Shown: positions 25,571-37,585 of the stretch, piece by piece
Layout: each line of letters opens with the position of its first letter
How positions within the stretch are numbered: position 1 is the first letter of the stretch
Assembly (NCBI GenBank): GCA_030390025.1
Contig: CM059432.1
Span: 79,238,001-79,302,000, forward strand
Reading direction: 5' to 3'
DNA from: Squalus acanthias
Taxonomy: Eukaryota
DNA length: 64,000 nucleotides
Program-made: the position numbers and the translations under genes
The notes under the pieces: model-generated
Databases searched by the model: none
What the model saw: the letters and a program-made list of their open reading frames with translations, nothing else
What the model was told of the DNA's origin: nothing

Positions 25571-27260
25571 GCTTCACAGTAGAAGACACACAAAGCATAC
25601 CGAAAATATTGGAGAACCAAGGGGCTAATGAGAGTGATAAACTTAAAAGTAATTAATATCAGTCGAGGAAAAAGTACTAGAGAAACTAATGGGACTAAAA
25701 GCCGACAAATCCCCTGGACCTAATGGCCTACATCCTAGGGTTCTAAAAGAGGTGGCTGCAGAGATAGTGGATGCATTGGTGGTGATTTTCCAAAATTCCC
25801 AAGATTCTAGAATGGTCCCAGTGGATTGGAAGGTAGCAAATGTAACCCCGCTATTCAAGAAAGGAGGGAGAGCGAAAACGGGGAACTACAGGCGAGTTAA
25901 CCTGACATCAGTCACAGGAAAATGCTGAAATCCATTATTAAGAAAGTGGTAAAGGGGCACTTAGAAAATCATAATATGATTAGGCAGAGTCAACATGGTT
26001 TTATGAAAGGGAAATCGTGTTTGACAAATTTATTAATTTTTTGAGGATGTAACTAGCAGGGTAGATAAAGGGGAACCAGTGGATGTAGTATATTTGGATT
26101 TCAAAAATGCATTCGATAAGGTGGCATACAAAAGGTTGCTACGAATGTTAAGGGCTCATGGGGTTGGCGATAATATATTAGCATGGATTGAGGATTGGTT
26201 AACGGACAGAAAACAGAGAGTAGGGACAAACTGGTCATTTGGAAGGCTGTAACTAGTGGGGTGCCGCAAGGATCGGTGCTTGGGCCTTAGCTATTTACAA
26301 TCTATATTAATGATTTTAGATGAAGGGACCAAGTGTAATGTATCCACGTTTGCTGACGATACAAAGCTAGGTGGGAAAGTAAGCTGTGAGGATGACACAA
26401 AGAGCCTGCAAAGAGATATAGAAGGTTAAGTGAGTGGGCAATAAGGTGGTAGATGGAGTATAATGTGGGGAAATGCGAGGATATTTACTTTGGTAGGAAG
26501 AATAGAAAAACAGAATATTTTTTAAATGGTGAGAAACTATTAAATGTTGGTGTTCAGAGAGATTTAGGTGTCCTCATACAAGAAACAGTTAGCATGCAGG
26601 TACAGCAAGCAATTAGGAAGACAAATGGCATGTTGGCCTTTATTGCAAGAGGGTTGGAATACAAGAGTAAGGAAGTTTTGCTACAATTGTGAAGGGCTTT
26701 GGTGAGACCACACCAGGAGTACTGTACACAGTTTTGGTCTCCTTATTGGAGGAAGGATATACTTGCCTTAGAGGTGGTGCAATGAAGGTTCACTAGATTA
26801 ATCCCTGGGATGAGAGGGTTGTCTTATGAGGAGAGATTGAGTAGATTGGGCCGAACACTCGAGTTTAGAAGAATGAGAGGTGCTCTCATTGAAACATACA
26901 AGATTCTGAGGGGGATTGACAAGGTAGATGCTGAGAGGTTGTTTACCCTGGCTGGAGAGTCTAGAACTAGGGGGCATAATCTCAGGATAAGGGGTCGGCC
27001 ATTTAAGACTGGGATGAAGAGGAATGTCTTCATTCAGAGAGTTGTGAATCTTTGGAATTCTCTACCTCAAAGGGCTGTGGATGCTGAATCGTTGAGTATA
27101 TTCAAGGCTGAGATAGATAGATTTTTGGACTCTAGGAGAATCAAGGGATATGGAGATCAGGCGTAAAGTGGAGTTGAGGTCGAAGATCAGGCATGATCTT
27201 ATTGAATGGCGGAGCAGGCTCGAGGGGCTGTATGCTGCTCCTAATTCTTATGTTCTTATG
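25571..27260 (+). mobile_element. 5'-truncated CR1 LINE
   Basis: DKSPGPNGLHP, FADDTKL, RTRGH motifs with frameshifts; ends TTCTTATGTTCTTATG. Confidence 0.9.
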
Positions 27261-28163
27261 AGGCATGACCGAAAGCTTGGTTGTAAAGATTGCTTTTGAG
27301 AATTGATTTTAAAAGGGGAGAGTGAAGAGGAAAGGCAAAGGAGTTTAAGGAAGGAGCTGCAAAAAGGTCCTAAGGCAGTTGAATGCTCAACCACCAATGA
27401 CGGCTGAAGGGAGAGGAGGAAGCTAGAGTTGGAGGACTGAAGGATGCAGGAGGGGCGATAGGGTCAGAGATGGGGAGAGAAATAGGGTGGGGTGGGGCCA
27501 TGAAGAGGTGAAAGAGCAAATCCTTCTTTCCTTAAAAGTAATCAAGAACAGAGTGAGTAACTCGAGGGCACTCTTCAGCATCTCTGAGCAGTTGATTACA
27601 AAGCATCAAAGGTAGAGACCTGGGTGAAAGTCCCTTTCCTGCAGTCATGGCCACTAAATAGTGGATCAAGTTAGGGACAATAAACTGAGGAGGGATAGTT
27701 ATACCGTTCTTTGGTTTTTTTTAAATGTTGGAGTTGATAATTTCACTGCTGTAAAATTATTCTAGTGTTCCTGTATACCTATACTTGTGGCTAGTCAGAG
27801 GCAAGTATGTCGCACCTTAATGCGACACGCTTGAAAGTATACATTACCCTGCTTTTCTCTCCGCCTTTAATATTCTTGAAAACCCATGTTTCTGAGCAAG
27901 CTTTCAGTCTTGTGTCTCAACTCTACCTCCAGAGCCTGATATCTGTCCCGTTATTTTTATTCTGCCTCCTCTGTAAATTGCCTTAGGTGCTTTTCTAATT
28001 TAAAGGTACTCTATAAATGCATGTTGTTGCAATTGCACCTGCACTCTCTCATTAAAATATTATTTTCATAAAATGTTAACAAATCTCAACTGAGATGGTA
28101 TGGGGCATACTGATTAATAAATAGCAAGCAGGAAGGAAAATTACCCATTAAGAAGTACCATGC

Positions 28164-28825
28164 AGCCCCAAATTTAACTTGGGGCAAACTGCAAGTATGG
28201 GACTAGCAGGGTCAAGAGCATTCCGACTTGCTGACATGCGACCTTTGCCATTTTAACACCTCCCCGCGCATCATTTAAGTAGACCAGGCCCGACTCCTAC
28301 TCGAACCTGGCTTTCTATGTCGTCAGGCCATTGGGTGGGAGTTGGGCAAGTGAGACCGAAGCCAGGGCCCTGTGGGTCTGATCCCTGCCAGGGTAAGTGA
28401 TTGGTGGGGTGGGGTCCGATGCGATCGCTGGAAGCCCGTGACAGGGGTAGTCCAAGTATTCCTTGTGGGGCCTGGAGAAACATGCTTATTCCTCCTAGCT
28501 CCCAAGAAAACCTATTAATAAAAATAAATAATAAATAAATATAACTAACCTCTTCTGGGGCTGCTGATCCTCACTGACTGGTTTCCCTGATGAAGCCAGC
28601 ATCAGACGCTGACCTTGCTGCTGCCTGTTAAAATATGGTCTGGTTTTGAATGCAGTCATCAAACCCGGGCTTTTGAATTTCAATGAGGTCCTCTCCTGCC
28701 TGTCCTCGCGCCTCTTAAAATGGCAAGAAACATGTATGCAACATGGCTCTGGTAAGTGCCATGTTGCCAATATTTAAACCTCCTCCCCATGTTCTTGTCA
28801 CGCAGGGGTGGTTAAAATTGGGGCT
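28164..28825. mobile_element. MITE-like element
   Basis: 15-bp TIR with one mismatch, AGCCCCAAATTTAAC / GTTAAAATTGGGGCT; GC-rich interior. Confidence 0.65.
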
Positions 28826-29104
28826 TATGAATTCAGAATCAGCAGTCAGCAAGCAGTACCAAATAAAACAACTACAGGCTGTACCAATTAAATCACAAAA
28901 TATTTTTTTGAAACTGTTTCGGCTACCAGAGGTTTCAAGCATAATAAACAAAATAAAATACATAATTAACATCATTAAACTTTACCAGTAGAGTTGCCTT
29001 TTCTGTGTTTGAAATGCGTTCATGAACATTTCAATTCGGAGACCTATGTCAGAAGCCTCCTAAGTGACGACTGAATCTCAGAGGTAGCATGTCACTCTCA
29101 GACT

Positions 29105-29483
29105 AAAAAGAAGCACTTGCATTTATATAGCGCCTTTTACAACCACCGATGTCCCAAAGCGCTTTACAGCCAATTAAGTACCTTTTGAAGTGTAGTCACT
29201 GCTGTAATGTAGGAAATGCAGCAGCCAATTTGTGCACAGCAAGCTCCCACAAACAGCAATGTGATAATGACCAGATAATCTGTTTTAGTGATGTTAATTG
29301 AGGGATAAATATTGGCCAGGACTCCCCTGCTCTTCTTTGAAATAGTGCCATGGGATCTTTTATGTCTACCTGAGAGAGAGGCCTCGGTTTAATGTCTCAT
29401 CTGAAAGACGGCACCTCCGACAGTGCAGCACTCCCTCAGTACTGCACTGGAGTGTCCGCTTGGATTTTTGTGCTCAAGTCTCT
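29105..29483 (-). mobile_element. Deu-domain SINE (SacSINE1/AmnSINE1-like)
   Basis: Minus strand has GGTGCCGTCTTTCAGATGAGACATTAAACCGAGG, recalled as the Deu core, and tail GCGCTATATAAATGCAAG. Related copies at 24630-24735, 31770-32140, 36770-36975, 45970-46293 and 52330-52760. Confidence 0.7.
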
Positions 29484-29600
29484 AGATTACAACTGTTTGT
29501 GTCTTTTAACCTCTGTCTCTTTCTCTTCTTTCCCTTCCCTTTTCCCTCCCCATCGTTCTCTATTTCTCTTTTTTCTCTATCTATCCCATCTCTTCATATA

Positions 29601-29624
29601 TACACACACACACACACACACACA
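29601..29624. repeat. (CA)n microsatellite
   Basis: About 11 CA units, directly visible. Confidence 0.9.
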
Positions 29625-30245
29625 GTATGTATATTTATTATATATACTGTGTATATATAATTAAAAATTATATTGAACAGGTAATGCAGCGCTTCCTCTT
29701 TGACCAAGCTTTAGGTCCCAATATCTCCTTATGTAGCTTGGTGTGTTTTATAACGCTTCTGTGAAGCGCCCTGGGACGTTTTACTGTTAAATGTGCTATA
29801 TAAATGCAAGTTGTTGTTGTTATGAACAAGAAGCCATGTCCCACACAGTGAATGGTGAGTCTTGCCGGCGGCCATAAAAAAATTCTGGTGCTTTAAACAC
29901 ATATTCCAATTTTTATTTTGCAAATGACACATTTTTGTCCCACGTATAGTCTTCTGACTAAATCAGATCCAGGAAAGTAAAATTCTCAGAATAGCTTCCA
30001 TTATTGTTTGTCGCGTTCCCAGCATCATTAATCATGAATGTACCTATTTCTCTTAAGGTCCAGTGGTTTATAACTTCCACGTTTCTCCATAGCCACTGTT
30101 TCCCATCTCAGTTGTGCCCCTTGGTTCTCCTTTCTCCAGCTCAGAATGAAACCGTGGTAAACATCTCAAAACATGTTCCAGGGCCCACATCACACCTCAA
30201 TGCCACAGGAGATCAGCTAGTAATAGATGTCAGAACTTTCAACTT

Positions 30246-30407
30246 CAATGTTCCCTGTAAGCTGCACTTTGTTCTGCGTGGCCTGTTTCTTTTAATGTGT
30301 GGTCCCTTTAAATTTCTGCGCATGCGTGGTACTTACAATGGAAAAGCTGGTGAACGGCCTGCACGGGACCTTGCAGATTGCGGCCGTGCAGCTTAGAGGG
30401 AACATTG
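30246..30407. mobile_element. 162-bp MITE with 22-bp TIRs (possibly hAT-type)
   Basis: CAATGTTCCCTGTAAGCTGCAC / GTGCAGCTTAGAGGGAACATTG, one mismatch; no TSD visible. Confidence 0.7.
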
Positions 30408-30696
30408 AGTGTATGGGATCTGTTGCCCATCATACACCCCTCCCAATTTTCCTTTCCATTGACTCTGATATCACCCGTTTTATTCCCCAACCGAAGATGA
30501 AAGTTCTGCCCATAGTTTGAGATGCATCTGTCACACCATCACACATGCAAAGTGTTCATTGAGCAAAAAATCCTGATTTTCTAAAATTTCCACGGAATCA
30601 ATGAAGAAAATACTTTCCTACAGTCCTCTTCACTTTCTTTCAACAGTTTCTCCAGTATTAAACTTCTACTATATTCTCTGACTCATTGGAAACAAT

Positions 30697-31445
30697 GGCC
30701 CGAAAATTAAACCTAATACGCGAGAGTACGCACTGTGTACTCTCGCGTATCAGGTCCCGAATTGCCGGTTTCCTGCATGCACTGCGCATGCGCGGGAAAC
30801 CGGCACTTCGTGAATTGCAAAGGGGGCGGTTCCTAAGTGAACCGCGTGCGCACGCAGTGCACTTAGTTTTTTTTTCAGGTTTGAACGCGCAGGTAAGTGG
30901 TGAAGATTTTACACACAAAGAAAGCAGGCGTAGGACCCCCTTTTAACAAGGTAAGTAGTTAATTAAGTGTTGTTTTAAATTTTTTTCAACAGGTTTATCT
31001 TTTTTAGAGACATTAAAGAAAGGTAAGTTTATTTTTATAACTTTTAAAAAGATTTTAAATTTTTTCAAAAATTTAATTTTTTGTTTAAAGTGGTTAATTT
31101 ATTTAACTATACTTATTTTATTAATGTGATGGCTTTTTTTAAAAATTTAATTGAGGTTTAGCTGTTCTTTTGGGGGCTTGTAGTATTCATAGCTTTGACA
31201 GCCCTTGCCGTCAAAACTATGAATGAAAGATGGTGTGCTGCCATTGGCTCTAACTGAATCACGTGATCCCAGAGCTCGCACGAACTAATTGCGCCTCTGG
31301 GATACGCAAGCACTGCACGGTTGCAACAGGGAGAGGCTCTGAAACTAAAGTTCGTGTGGGCCCCAAACAAAAAGGTAGGCGCGGAGTGCGATATCGCGGG
31401 GAATCCTTACCCCCGCGGGAACCATCGATGTTTAATTTCTGGGCC
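30697..31445. mobile_element. Harbinger-type MITE, second family
   Basis: TIRs GGCCCGAAAATTAAAC / GTTTAATTTCTGGGCC; GC-rich hairpin ends and AT-rich centre; colinear with 59796-60558. Confidence 0.8.
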
Positions 31446-32424
31446 ATTAACATAGATCTATTAGTATATAAATAAATAATGACCATCTGGTAAAACATTG
31501 TAAAGAAAATTCTTGTTCTAGCACTACACCACATGAACATTGGCATTTATATGGGGACCCTAAAGATCAAATAATTATCTGGCAAGTGGTTTATAACCTG
31601 GTTTTTGGTGCTAATTTTCTAAAATCTTCTTGAGATACATAAGCTAAATTGTTCACTAAGTGTTGTAGAACGTGAAAGTTTGATATAATTAGTGTGAAAA
31701 TTAAGTGTCTTGAACATTACACCCTTAGGTTCTGAAATAGTTGTTTTCTGTAGTTGACCTTAAGCTCCAAATTAGGTCCTACAAACAGCAATGAGGTGAA
31801 CAACCAGTTCCTTTTTTTAGTGGTGGTGTTTGAAAGGGAATGTTGGCCAGGACGTTGGAAGAACTCCCTGCTTTTTAAATACTGCTATGGTATCTTTAGC
31901 ATCAATATGAACCACCAGAACAGCAAAATGGAGTCTTGTTTTAACATCTCATCTAAAATACAGTGGCCTGGATTTTAGCCCAGAGGTGATTTCCGTGCGG
32001 GGGGCTGTTGTGAGGGCGGGAAACCCGAAAGAGCGGGTTTCCCGAATGTCCTGCAGATTTTAACCCTCTACACTGTACTGACGTATCAGCCTAGATTATG
32101 TACTCGGGTCCTGAAGAGGTGCTTGAACCCACAGCATTCTGACCTACAACCTTTTGAAAATCTGCATCGGGTGTGAATATGATTAAACTCAGCTATAATA
32201 CTCCTCATGGTAAAATAATGTGTAGATACTCAGGCCCAGTTTCTGCCAGACGGGAGCAGTTAAAATCGGAGCTTCACTGTCTGGACTCACATCTTAAAAA
32301 TGGCCAATTGAGCAAGTAACCAAATTTGTATTATTCTGTGTGTTTCGTTCTAATGCGTTTTTTATATAATGTTCCTAAGAATTTCTGCTGTACATTGATT
32401 TGCTGTGGGGTTGCACTCTTGCAG

Positions 32425-32514
32425 GTTGAAATCAAAAGCCATCCTTTTTTTGATGTTATCAACTGGGAAGATCTAGATCGGAAGGAAATTCCTCCACCAT
32501 TTAATCCCAGCGTG
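32425..32514 (+). CDS. sgk3: SGK3 penultimate coding exon (start of AGC C-terminal tail)
   Basis: ttgcag|...|gtatgt; 90 nt, [30 protein letters not shown]. Confidence 0.95.
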
Positions 32515-32618
32515 GTATGTCTTTTCAGTAATCATAAATAGTACTTAATATCTGAATACTGTAAACTCTATATAACATTGGTTTGTGAGTATGTGGTAAC
32601 AATAGCTTTGTGTTTCAG

Positions 32619-32789
32619 GCTGGACCTGAAGACCTACAAAATTTTGATCCAGAATTCACAGAAGAACAGGTTCCACACTCCATTTGTCAATCTCCTGACC
32701 GTTCAAAAGTTAATGCTAGTGTTTTAGAAGCTGATGATGCATTTATTGGCTTTTCTTATGCCCCGCCTATTGAAGATTCATTCTTATAA
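32619..32789 (+). CDS. sgk3: SGK3 terminal coding exon with AGC hydrophobic motif and stop codon
   Basis: tttcag| acceptor after a 104-nt intron; [70 protein letters not shown] is characteristic of SGK3; FxxFSY is the hydrophobic motif. Confidence 0.96.
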   Translation, partial: AGPEDLQNFDPEFTEEQVPHSICQSPDRSKVNASVLEADDAFIGFSYAPPIEDSFL

Positions 32790-35200
32790 AGGACATCTTC
32801 AGTGAATAGTTTTTATAGGAAACAAAGTACTTAGCAGGAAATTAAAACACTGTCCAGCTTCAAGCCATCTACATATGGACTTTTGATTTTGCACCACAAC
32901 TATCTGCATGCCTTAAATAAAGCTTGTAGCGATCGGGTGAAGGGCAATGAATGAATGCAGCTTACACCCTAAAAATACTATAAACAAATTGTACATTCCT
33001 TGCACAACTTACAAATGATCCAAATATTTAATTGTTTCACTCTTTTCAAGTCTGAAGATTCCAAAGTGATGCATTTTTAAGGATACTCTACTTGTGATGT
33101 AAGATTTTTTCTGATTGTTGAAACTATAATGAAGTGCTCTACTATATATCTGTTAAATATTGTGGACACAGCTTATTAATGTTGGATAATTAAGTTTGGA
33201 GAAGTATGTAGTATGATGCGTCTTTAAGAATTAATGTATTGTGGTCCAAAAGTGATGATCACATTTCATAACATGACAAATTGCTTATATTTTAAAGTCA
33301 CATTTTCACCCCACTGCCATCTAATTTTTATGTAACATAACTTCACCTCTTTACTAGAAGATCCAATTGAATTGTCACTGTATGTAAAACTGCATTTATG
33401 ATGTAGACATTACTTGAATAATGGAGGGAGAATCGTGGCCACTCAGGTGAGAGATGTGAAGATGTTTTTCAAGTTATTTAACGTTCACTGGCCACCAGTT
33501 ATTAATCATGCCTGTTTTGTTTTACAGAGATATACTGGAAATGTACATATCAGCAAAAACTGTAGCTGAATTAGATGAAACTGATACTTTTATTGTATAC
33601 TGTATTTAACTCCATGCAGTGTGCAGGAGGTGGATATATATTGATACAGTAAAACAACTAAATAGCACATGTTTAAAAATATATATATATATATGTGTAT
33701 ATTCTAAATGGTGACTTGTATTTTTTTTAATAACAAAATATTGTTAGTTTGCTTTTATGTTGTGCTGTTTTAAAAGTAAATAAGGATTCTAGGATAACTC
33801 TAATGAAGGAGTTGGTTCAAAACTCAAACGGGTACTTTTGCCCCTTTACTCCAATGGTACAATATGTTGGTATACTTGCATACTGTCTTGGACTGGGACA
33901 GGTAGGACAAATGTTTGCACATGTGATTTCCCCATGTGGTGAATTATTTTTATTGCCAGATTGTCTGAGGACTTAGTAAACAGATGTAACAGGAAGCCCT
34001 TCTTTTGGGGTGGGGGAGAATATTAGTGTGTGAATTATCTTCTAGTTGTCTCCCACATCAATTGATGTCGGATCAAGCCCCTGTCTGTCCCCTTCGCTGT
34101 AGAATAATGCATAATGGCATGGAGTATATACAGCAATTTAACTTCTATTTTAAAATATGCATAATATAGCTAATGTCCCTTTTATTTATCTGTTTTCTGT
34201 TCTGGACCACAGTTAAAATTGTATCTCCAAGCCCCTTGTAAGTGGCTGTAGTCTATCTATAATAGGTCTGAAGGTCACCCAGGAGAACCTTTTAACAACA
34301 TGCATTCAGATGATTTATGGCAAGTGGAACACCTTTCATTTGCTTTCCTTGCTTAAGAGATTTTCATTTATTCTGTGTAAATGAAAGCACATACCCAAAA
34401 TTGAAGGGAGAATCTCTTAATTATGAAGGAAAATTCAACTCTACTTATATTCGTTACCAGAGAAAAGATGAGTTCCATTTTAGATGCATCATGGGAGCAT
34501 ATGATGTCAATCAAAATGTTCCTCAGTGGACTTTAGATGGTTGCCTGCAGGGAATTGAGTTTTTAAAACATTTTGATTTCCAATCAAGGGAGGAAAGAAA
34601 CCTCTTTATATAATTTTTTCACTGGAGTTTGGCTTCAAGTATCTAGGCCATTAACATTAGAAAAATGTAGTTCAAATCTAGTGGCACTACAACCTGTGAC
34701 ACCAATGTCTTTGTTCCTGCAGCTGATTCTTAACATTTAGAAAAAGTGATGATTCTCTGGCACACAGTAATAGTTCCAAATGGCATGAAAGACATAATAG
34801 TTCAAAGTAATATAAAATGTCAAATAAAACAGCAGCTTTTGAAATACTACTTTACTGTATATTGCTATTTAAATTTACAATACCTCACCATTACTCGCAT
34901 ATACTTTGTTTAGAAATACCCTGTTTTCACTTTTTCTAATTCGCACTTGAGTGCACATAGCCAATCAAATTTTTTGGACTGGTCCGTCTATGAAAAGGGG
35001 ATCTGCAGATGAGGATAAATCTCCATTTGGTATTTGAAAAACAATTGCTTTTTTTCATTAAATGTGATTGACTTCCTCAAACACATTAACTGCTATGCCC
35101 AATTCCTGATTTTCCTTCACTTTGATTATAGCAGTGTAGTGTGAACCCATGGTGAAATAAAACCTAGAAATGGTTAAGTAATGTTAAACAGCAATAAAGT
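32790..35200 (+). other. sgk3: Probable sgk3 3' UTR with candidate polyadenylation signals
   Basis: AT-rich stretch after the stop with no repeat I recognise; AATAAA at 32916, 34823, 35156 and 35193. The true end cannot be determined from sequence. Confidence 0.55.
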
Positions 35201-35625
35201 AATCTGAGACACTGCAGGGAAATAATCTTTACCAAATTCAAGTAAGTCTACTATGGTATGCAGATGTTTCTTCTTTTTACTTTTGAGAAACTAAAGTGAA
35301 GGGCTAAGCTCTAAAAATACAGGACGCTGAGAAAGTTAGTTCTTACATCCAGTTCTTGTAAACTGTACATTATAATAGGATTAGCTGTAGAAGTCATTTC
35401 ACACGATACTCCTAGGAAAGGACTTACAGGCTTTGGGTACTGCTGCCAGAATTAGTTTCAAACCTTGCAATATTATATATAGCATGTCCCTGTAGCCATT
35501 CATCCACTGAGTTTTAAGCACATTTACCCTTCTGTACATTTTGTTCAGCTTCCTAGCTGAAGTGAGTCATTCAATGCAAAGTAAAGCTCTAGCTTTCCCT
35601 CCAAGGCTGGCAATCTGCATAATTA

Positions 35626-36760
35626 AACGGTTGTTTTTCGAACTGGAGGAAGGTATACAATGGTGTTCCCCAGGGGTCAGTACTAGAACCACTGCTTTTC
35701 TTGATCTATATTAGTGACTTAGACTTGGGTGTACAAGGCACAATTTCAAAATTTGCAGATGACACAAAGCTTGGAAGTATAGTGAACAGTGAGGAGGATA
35801 GTGATAGACTTCAAGAAGACATAAAAAGGCTGGTGGAATGGGCGGACACGTGGCAGATGAAATTTAACGCAGAAAAGTGCGAAGTGATACATTTTGGTAG
35901 GAAGAACGAGGAGAGGCAATATCAACTAAAGGGTACAATTCTAAAGGGGGTGCTTTAACATAGAGACCTGGGGGTATATGTGCACAAATCGCTGAAGGTG
36001 ACAGGGCAGGTTGAGAAAGCGGTCAAAAAAGCACATGGGATCCTGGGCTTCATAAATAGAGGCATAGAGTACAAAAGCAAGGAAGTTATGATGAACCTTT
36101 ATAAAACACTGGTTCGGCCTCAACTGGAATATTGTGTCCAATTCTGGGCACCGCACTTTAGGAAGGATGTGAAGGCCTTATGGTGCAGAAAAGATTTACG
36201 AGAATGTTTCCAGGAATGAGGGACTTCAGTTACATGGATAGACTCGAGAAGCTGGGGTTGTTCTCCTTAGAGCAGAGAAGGTTGAGAGGAGATTTGATAG
36301 AGGTGTTCAAAATCATGAGGGTTCTAGACAGAGTAGGTAGAGAGAAACTGTTCTCATTGGCAGAAGGGTCGAGAACCAGAGGACAGATTTAAGGTGATTG
36401 GCAGAAGGACCAAAGGCGACATGAGGAAAAACTTTTTTACGGAGCGAGTGGTTATGATCTGGAATTCACTGCCTGAAAGGGTGGTGGAGGCAGATTCAAT
36501 TGTGGCTTTCAAAAGGGAATTGGATAGTACCTGAAGGAAAAGAATTTGCTGGGCTATGGGGAAACAAAATTGAGAGGTCGCACAACACCAGGTTATAGTC
36601 CAACAGTTTTATTTGAAATCACAAGCTTTCGGAGCTATCGATTGCCCCTTCCTCAGGTGTGGCAGGGGAGTGGGACTAACTGAAGTGCTCTTGCAGAGAG
36701 CTGGCACAGGCTTGACGGGCCGAATGGCCTCCTTCTGTGCTGCAACAGTTCTGATTCTAA
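35626..36760 (+). mobile_element. 5'-truncated CR1 LINE
   Basis: KFADDTKL and RPQLEYC motifs; same subfamily as 21264-23025 and 59495-61716. Confidence 0.9.
36565..36660 (-). mobile_element. Family B single-arm fragment with hammerhead motif (36620-36659), inserted in a CR1 3' UTR
   Basis: Minus strand reads cac-CTGAGGA-a-GGGGC-aatcgata-GCTCC-GAAA-GCTT-gtg. Flanks match the uninterrupted CR1 3' UTR near 61600-61630. Confidence 0.78.
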
Positions 36761-37585
36761 CCAATGAAATGTAATGTAGGGAAATGTGGCAGCCAGTTTG
36801 AACACAAGATCCAAAAAACACTAATGACATAAATAACCAGATGATCTGTTTTTAATGTTGGTTGAGGAATAAATATTGGCCAGGTCACCAGAATTCCCGG
36901 CTCACTTAGTGCCATAGGAACTTTTACGTCCATCTGAGGGGGGAAATAGGGCCTTGGTTTAACATCTCATCCAAAATATGGATGCCATCAACTGTATGCA
37001 TGTAGATAATTTAAATTAGATAGGTTAGGGAGAATGAGGGGACTTGCATATAAGTTACGTAAGCCAAGAACTATGTTGGATGTCGGGAGTTTTTTCTTTT
37101 CAGTGGGTCATAGACCTTTGGAATATGTTGCTAGCTCGTGCAGTGAGTGTGGATTCGCATCAAATGTTCAAGAATCACTATAACTGCCTCTCACTGCTGG
37201 CTTTGACATTCCAACTCTGATTTCGCATCCCTGTGGACCATGCTTACAACTCCCACGTTTTAGCTTCACACTGAACATCTTCAGTTTTTTTCCTACAGAA
37301 ACTTTAAGTGCTTGTGAGCAAGCTGCTCCCATTGTTTTCATCTCTAACTTTCTGCATCAGTTTCTCATCTTTGGCTTCCTTTACCGCATTCATGAACAAC
37401 ACCTCAGACTGTTTTTTTTATTAGTTCACCCACTTTGGCCTCATTTCTTTGCGCACAGAAGTGAGCCATATATTCTAACCACCGTCTCGCCGGTTTCTTT
37501 TTCAGCTTGGCTGTATTAGTGTTTCTGTTTCTGCTGGCGCACGTTCTCCAGTGCCTTCTCAATCACTATCTTTGGCTGTTCTTCT

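Noticed and set aside
28587..28612. CTGATGA as a further hammerhead core (also near 10006 and 32732)
   Set aside because: No stem II followed by GAAA at the right spacing; the 32732 instance is sgk3 coding sequence.
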